The position numbers and the translations under genes are program-made. The notes under the pieces were generated by a model. That model searched no databases, was not told where the DNA came from, and saw nothing but the letters and a program-made list of their open reading frames with translations. A DNA stretch of 19,322 nt. Origin: Candidatus Bathyarchaeota archaeon (GTDB lineage: Archaea > Thermoproteota > Bathyarchaeia > Bathyarchaeales > Bathycorpusculaceae). The first letter of the stretch is position 1, and each line of letters starts with the position of its first letter. This document shows, piece by piece, positions 15,034-19,322 of this stretch. Where the stretch lies: positions 1 through 19,322 of the forward strand of contig CAWEPZ010000004.1 in assembly GCA_963811105.1 (NCBI GenBank), written 5' to 3'.

Positions 15034-16266
15034 ATGATGAAAACAGCTAATCAGGATACGATGCCCCTGAATGGAGATGAAGCAGTAGCTTTAGCCGCTA
15101 AACAATGCGACGTTGACGTTCTCGCAGCGTACCCAATCACACCTCAAACAATAATAGTTGAAAAATACAGCGAATATGTAGCAAACGGTGAAGTGCAAAC
15201 TGAATATATCTGCACTGAATCAGAACATAGCGCTATCACTGCTTGTCTCGCAGCATCAGTCACAGGAGCAAGGACCTTCACCGCTAGTGCTTCAGCAGGT
15301 TTGGCGTTGATGCATGAGATGCTTTTTGTCACCTCAGGTTTCAGAGCGCCAGTTGTAATGGCTGTAGCTAACCGAGCTTTGTCTGCACCTCTAAATATTC
15401 ATGGCGACCAATCAGACAGCATGGCAGAGCGCGATAGCGGTTGGATTCAGATTTACGTTGAAAACGCTCAAGAGGCTTATGACGCAATTATCCAAGCCTT
15501 CAAAATCGCTGAAGATATCAACGTTTCATTACCTGTAATTATAGGCTTAGATGGATTTACAATTAGCCATACGCTTGAAAATGTAAACGTCCTTGCAGAC
15601 GATACAGTAGCGCAGTTCGTTGGAGAACGCCAGTTCCCAATGGTGTCAACTCATGAGGGAAAAACAGTACCTTTCAAACTGGATCCAGCAAACCCAATGA
15701 CAATGGGACCTAACGCATTGCAGAACTACTATTTTGAATTCAAGAGGCAACAAGAAGAAGGCATGAGAAAAGCATTACAGAAAATACAAGAGGTTAACGC
15801 TGAATACGGCAAAATAAGCGGCAGAAGCTATGGGAATGGACTCATAGATGCTTACCAACTTGAAGATGCTGAAATAGCAATCGTCTGCGTTGGCTCTACA
15901 GCTGGAACCCTAAAAGTCATCGTTGACGAGCTAAGAAAAGAAGGCATAAAAGCAGGAGTCCTGAGGCTTCGTACGTTTAGACCCTTGCCAGTTGAAGAAC
16001 TTCAAAATGCATTAAAGAACATCAAAACCGTAGCTGTTATGGATAAAAGCATGAGTTTCGGAGGCTTCGGCGGCCCTGTCTTCAATGAAGTAAGAAACTC
16101 CTTATACGACACAAAGCAGCACCCAACCATTGTAAACTACATTTTCGGTTTAGGTGGACGAGACACAAGTCCACGTAACCTTCGAAAGATCTTTGAAGAC
16201 CTACTGCGAATTAACAAAACTGGAAATGTCGAAACTTTAGTTCACTATTTAGGATTAAGGGAATAA
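15034..16266 (+). CDS. porA: Pyruvate/2-oxoacid:ferredoxin oxidoreductase alpha subunit
   Basis: AAYPITPQT, ESEHSA, NRALSAPLNIHGD, GLGGRD; start could be 15019, 15025 or 15034. Confidence 0.94.
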   Translation: MMKTANQDTMPLNGDEAVALAAKQCDVDVLAAYPITPQTIIVEKYSEYVANGEVQTEYICTESEHSAITACLAASVTGARTFTASASAGLALMHEMLFVTSGFRAPVVMAVANRALSAPLNIHGDQSDSMAERDSGWIQIYVENAQEAYDAIIQAFKIAEDINVSLPVIIGLDGFTISHTLENVNVLADDTVAQFVGERQFPMVSTHEGKTVPFKLDPANPMTMGPNALQNYYFEFKRQQEEGMRKALQKIQEVNAEYGKISGRSYGNGLIDAYQLEDAEIAIVCVGSTAGTLKVIVDELRKEGIKAGVLRLRTFRPLPVEELQNALKNIKTVAVMDKSMSFGGFGGPVFNEVRNSLYDTKQHPTIVNYIFGLGGRDTSPRNLRKIFEDLLRINKTGNVETLVHYLGLRE

Positions 16267-16280
16267 AGGGGAATAAGAAA

Positions 16281-17243
16281 ATGACAACTCAAGAATGGAA
16301 ATTTACAGCCAAAGATATAGCTAACAAACCAGACCTGTTCCTTTCAGGCCACAGAGCATGCGCAGGATGCGGACCAGCAGCAGTACTACGACTGATCATG
16401 AAGGCAACTCGCGGACCAACAATTGTAACCCAAGCAACCGGCTGCATGGAAATAGTCGGATCAATTTACCCATATACTTCATGGGCGATTCCATGGCTAC
16501 ACACAGCTTTTGAAAACGCTGCTGCAAACGCTTCAGGCATCGATGCCGCCTTAAAAGTGTTGACAAAGAAAGGTAAAGTGAAAGAGCATATTGACATAAT
16601 CGCAATAGCTGGCGACGGGGGAACCTACGATATAGGCTTGCAAGCATTATCAGGCGCGGTTGAACGTGGACACGACTTCCTCTTTATACTTTATGATAAT
16701 GAAGGTTACATGAACACTGGAATCCAAAGAAGCGGCTCAACCCCAACCGGTGCAGCAACAACAACCACCCCAGCCGGCAAAGTTAACCCAGGAAAACTTG
16801 AAAAGAAAAAACCAATCACAGAAATCATGTTAGCGCACGACATGGAATATGTCGCTACTGCTACACCCTATTACTGGAAAGACATGCTCACAAAAGTGCG
16901 CAAAGGCATAGAAGTCAACGGACCAGCATTCCTACATATATTTGCCCCATGCCCAAGAGGCTGGCGCACCGAACCAGCTAAAACAATGGAATACTCAAAA
17001 TTGTCAGTGGAATCATGCGTGTTTCCAATTTGGGAAGCAGTAAACGGCAAACGACAACTTTCAACACCAAGCAAACTAATTGCATTGGCACCGCAAAAGA
17101 AGAAACCAGTAAAAGATTACATTGCAGGTCAAGGCAGGTTCAGACACTTGTTTACTCCGCAAAACCAGCATGTGCTCGATGAGATGCAACGTTATACTGA
17201 TGAACATTGGGCTCGGCTTCTGCTAAAATGCGAGCAGGCCTAA
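16281..17243 (+). CDS. porB: Pyruvate/2-oxoacid:ferredoxin oxidoreductase beta subunit (TPP-binding)
   Basis: GHRACAGCG, TGC, GDGGTYDIG...YDNEGYMNTGIQRS, PCPRGW. Confidence 0.94.
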   Translation: MTTQEWKFTAKDIANKPDLFLSGHRACAGCGPAAVLRLIMKATRGPTIVTQATGCMEIVGSIYPYTSWAIPWLHTAFENAAANASGIDAALKVLTKKGKVKEHIDIIAIAGDGGTYDIGLQALSGAVERGHDFLFILYDNEGYMNTGIQRSGSTPTGAATTTTPAGKVNPGKLEKKKPITEIMLAHDMEYVATATPYYWKDMLTKVRKGIEVNGPAFLHIFAPCPRGWRTEPAKTMEYSKLSVESCVFPIWEAVNGKRQLSTPSKLIALAPQKKKPVKDYIAGQGRFRHLFTPQNQHVLDEMQRYTDEHWARLLLKCEQA

Positions 17244-17602
17244 ACTTTTCTCATTTTCTAATTTGTTTTTGACTGAATTAATAGTTTTTTTGGCCTTAGC
17301 TTTGTAGGTAATCTAGGAATTTTTCGAGTTCCGCCTAATCCATGTCTGCCAACACAGAGTGCTCCGCTTTCACATATTTACGAAAAGACACCAAACATTG
17401 GCACGCATTAATGTTGCATTTAAAGGTCCGTATTTGGTCGCTCAATTTTAATTTGATAAAGGGTACTATGAAAGTATCTAAAACAACAAGGGTATTGCAT
17501 ACTATGACGATTAATTGAAATATCAACCATTGATTTTCCCGCTTTCCTATCCGTACTAATAACTAGGTTATTTTCCCTTTCGCAAGAAATAAAAATAATT
17601 GT

Positions 17603-18835
17603 TTAATGGTTGTTATCTGGGAGGATTTTTAGTATGCGAAGGATTTTCTTGAATTCTTCCTCTTTTAGTGAAGCACGTCTGCCGTTGGTATAAATGTCTT
17701 TTACTCTTTCAACTACTAAGGATACGGTTTGGTCATCTGGGACGTTTCCTGCAAGCTCGGTGATTTTGTGTTTAATTATGCCTTTTCCTGATTGCTTCCC
17801 AACCGTTAATCGACGTTCGTTTCCGACAAGTTCAGGCGGGTAGGGCTCATAAGTCCATGGATCATTTAAGACGCCGTGGGTGTGAATTCCTGACTCGTGC
17901 GCGAAACCGTAATCTCCGACAATTGCTTTGTTCGGTGGCACTATGTAGCCTGTTGCTTTGCCGATATAATCTGCGGTTGCCTTGAGCTTCTCTGTTTTGC
18001 CTGCAAACTTTTGGACGCCATAATGCAAATACAAGTTTAATAGCACTTTTTCGGTTTCAGCGTTGCCTGCTCGTTCGCCGATGCCGAGATATGTTGTGCT
18101 GGCGTAAATTTTGCTCCATACCCCTGAAGCTGCCTTTATTGCCGCCATGGTATTTTCGACTGCGTTTCCAAAGTCGTCGTGTGCATGAATTTCTATAGCG
18201 TTAATTCTTGTTTCCTTCTTAATGGCCACTACTTTTGCGGGAATACCGTTTGGCAAAGGCGCTGCTGGATCAGATAACCCTATCCCGACTGTGTCACATA
18301 CACGGTAACATTCTGCTCCTGCGTCTGCGGCGGCGTTAATGAATTTTTTCTCGAAGTTCCAATCTGCACGTGTGCTGTCTTCGCCATGAACAAACGTTTT
18401 TAGTCCGCAGGTTTTAGTCGCGTATTCAACGACTTCAATCATGTTGGCTAAGATTTGTTCTTTGGTTTTTTCTGGCCATTTAGCCTTAAAATGTATGTCG
18501 GAAACGGGGTGTGATATGCCGATTTCTTTGAATCCGCATGCGACAGCGCTGTCGATGTCTTCTTTTACGGCTCTGCACCAACCGGCGACGCGGAGGTCAA
18601 GGTTTAAGTCTCCGATGAGTTTTGCTGCTTTTTTATCTGGTTCTTGATAATGGAATAGTTCGATACGTTCAACGCCCACTTCAGCGAGGAATTGGGCTAT
18701 TCTTGCTGCGTCTCTTGGTCCAGCGGCTAAGCCGGGCATTTGGATACCGTCACGAAGTGTAGTATCATCTATTATAGGTTCGGTTTTTAGTTTGGGTAGT
18801 TTGAAGAAGAAATCTTGTAAGTCCATTTTTTGCAC
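17603..18835 (-). CDS. Homocitrate/isopropylmalate/citramalate synthase family enzyme (DRE-TIM), without the C-terminal regulatory domain
   Basis: DTTLRDG.Q.PG, EDSTRAD, HAHDDFG, GIGERAGN, HESGIH, GKQSG; 410 aa. Confidence 0.88.
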   Translation of the reverse strand: MQKMDLQDFFFKLPKLKTEPIIDDTTLRDGIQMPGLAAGPRDAARIAQFLAEVGVERIELFHYQEPDKKAAKLIGDLNLDLRVAGWCRAVKEDIDSAVACGFKEIGISHPVSDIHFKAKWPEKTKEQILANMIEVVEYATKTCGLKTFVHGEDSTRADWNFEKKFINAAADAGAECYRVCDTVGIGLSDPAAPLPNGIPAKVVAIKKETRINAIEIHAHDDFGNAVENTMAAIKAASGVWSKIYASTTYLGIGERAGNAETEKVLLNLYLHYGVQKFAGKTEKLKATADYIGKATGYIVPPNKAIVGDYGFAHESGIHTHGVLNDPWTYEPYPPELVGNERRLTVGKQSGKGIIKHKITELAGNVPDDQTVSLVVERVKDIYTNGRRASLKEEEFKKILRILKILPDNNH

Positions 18836-19011
18836 TACTCTGTCGTTTTTCTAATGCTTTTCCCAAGCATTTGTAATGCTAACTAACGCCTATATGTGGT
18901 TGATAAACATTTCTCCAACACTTTTGTAAGATTGTCCAATAAATAATGAGACTTTAATACAAAATATCTTGTCAAAAAATAGCCAAATCTTTACACATAA
19001 ACAATCTAACG

Positions 19012-19322
19012 CTATTTAGCAGACGCGTAGAGGGCTTTAAGCGTGCCAGAAACAGATAAAACATGCACAGAAGCACTTCTCCCAACCAAACTGGTAATCG
19101 TAGTCAATGATGCCCTCACAAAGCACAGGGCAATCAGCGAAACGCGGACAACTGCAATTTTGCGTTCAATATCAAAGTCAATCAAAGACAAACCAGAGTT
19201 ACTCGCCCCAACTTCTCCATACAATTTAGTTACTGCCGCCCAAACTCCATCAATAAACTCGCGTTCAGTAGGCAGCACTTCGCATTCAAGTTGCAGGGCT
19301 AAATAGCGCCGTTTAACCCGCT
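19012..19322 (-). CDS. rnp2: Ribonuclease P protein component Rpp14/Pop5 (5' end outside the window)
   Basis: Frame continues to the window edge as RVKRRYLAL...; LYGEVGAS, VVRV, RASL, VSGTLKAL are Pop5 motifs. Confidence 0.88.
   Translation of the reverse strand, partial: RVKRRYLALQLECEVLPTEREFIDGVWAAVTKLYGEVGASNSGLSLIDFDIERKIAVVRVSLIALCFVRASLTTITSLVGRSASVHVLSVSGTLKALYASAK

Noticed and set aside
17244-17602. ORF 17335-17526 or an ncRNA in the 360-bp gap between convergent genes
   Set aside because: No recognisable protein motif, RBS or RNA structure; cannot be supported without an Rfam search or transcript data.
11656-19306. Antisense ORFs over host genes (11656-11862, 12252-12440, 12616-13023, 14385-14795, 14711-14959, 15144-15332, 16396-16647, 16871-17074, 18441-18647, 19043-19306)
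   Set aside because: They overlap conserved housekeeping genes on the opposite strand and lack motifs.

Overview
Archaeal chromosome segment; gene style suggests Bathyarchaeia, which is an inference. The right part (11.3-19.3 kb) is ordinary, intact host DNA: tRNA-Asn(GTT), a secreted repeat protein, a radical SAM enzyme, a four-subunit pyruvate/2-oxoacid:ferredoxin oxidoreductase operon (gamma-delta-alpha-beta), a homocitrate/isopropylmalate-synthase-family enzyme and a partial RNase P Pop5 gene. The left ~11.3 kb, starting just after the 3' end of tRNA-Asn, is a provirus-like element whose left boundary is not visible. It has a translationally coupled early operon (RHH and wHTH regulators, a minimal family X DNA polymerase, a possible Rep protein, an iteron-flanked AT-rich putative origin). 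It also has an HK97-type head module: DUF1073-type portal, DUF2213-type prohead protease, scaffold, cement protein, an encapsulin/Linocin-M18-like major capsid protein and a GT-A glycosyltransferase. No terminase, tail or integrase is visible in the window. The main points of interest are an encapsulin-like shell in a viral head operon whose scaffold ends in a motif resembling an encapsulin cargo-loading peptide (KGLTIGD), the minimal PolX with altered fidelity residues, and the origin-like repeat. At least seven single-base insertions break element genes while host genes are clean, most likely low-coverage long-read errors. All family calls come from motif recognition by eye, not from database searches.
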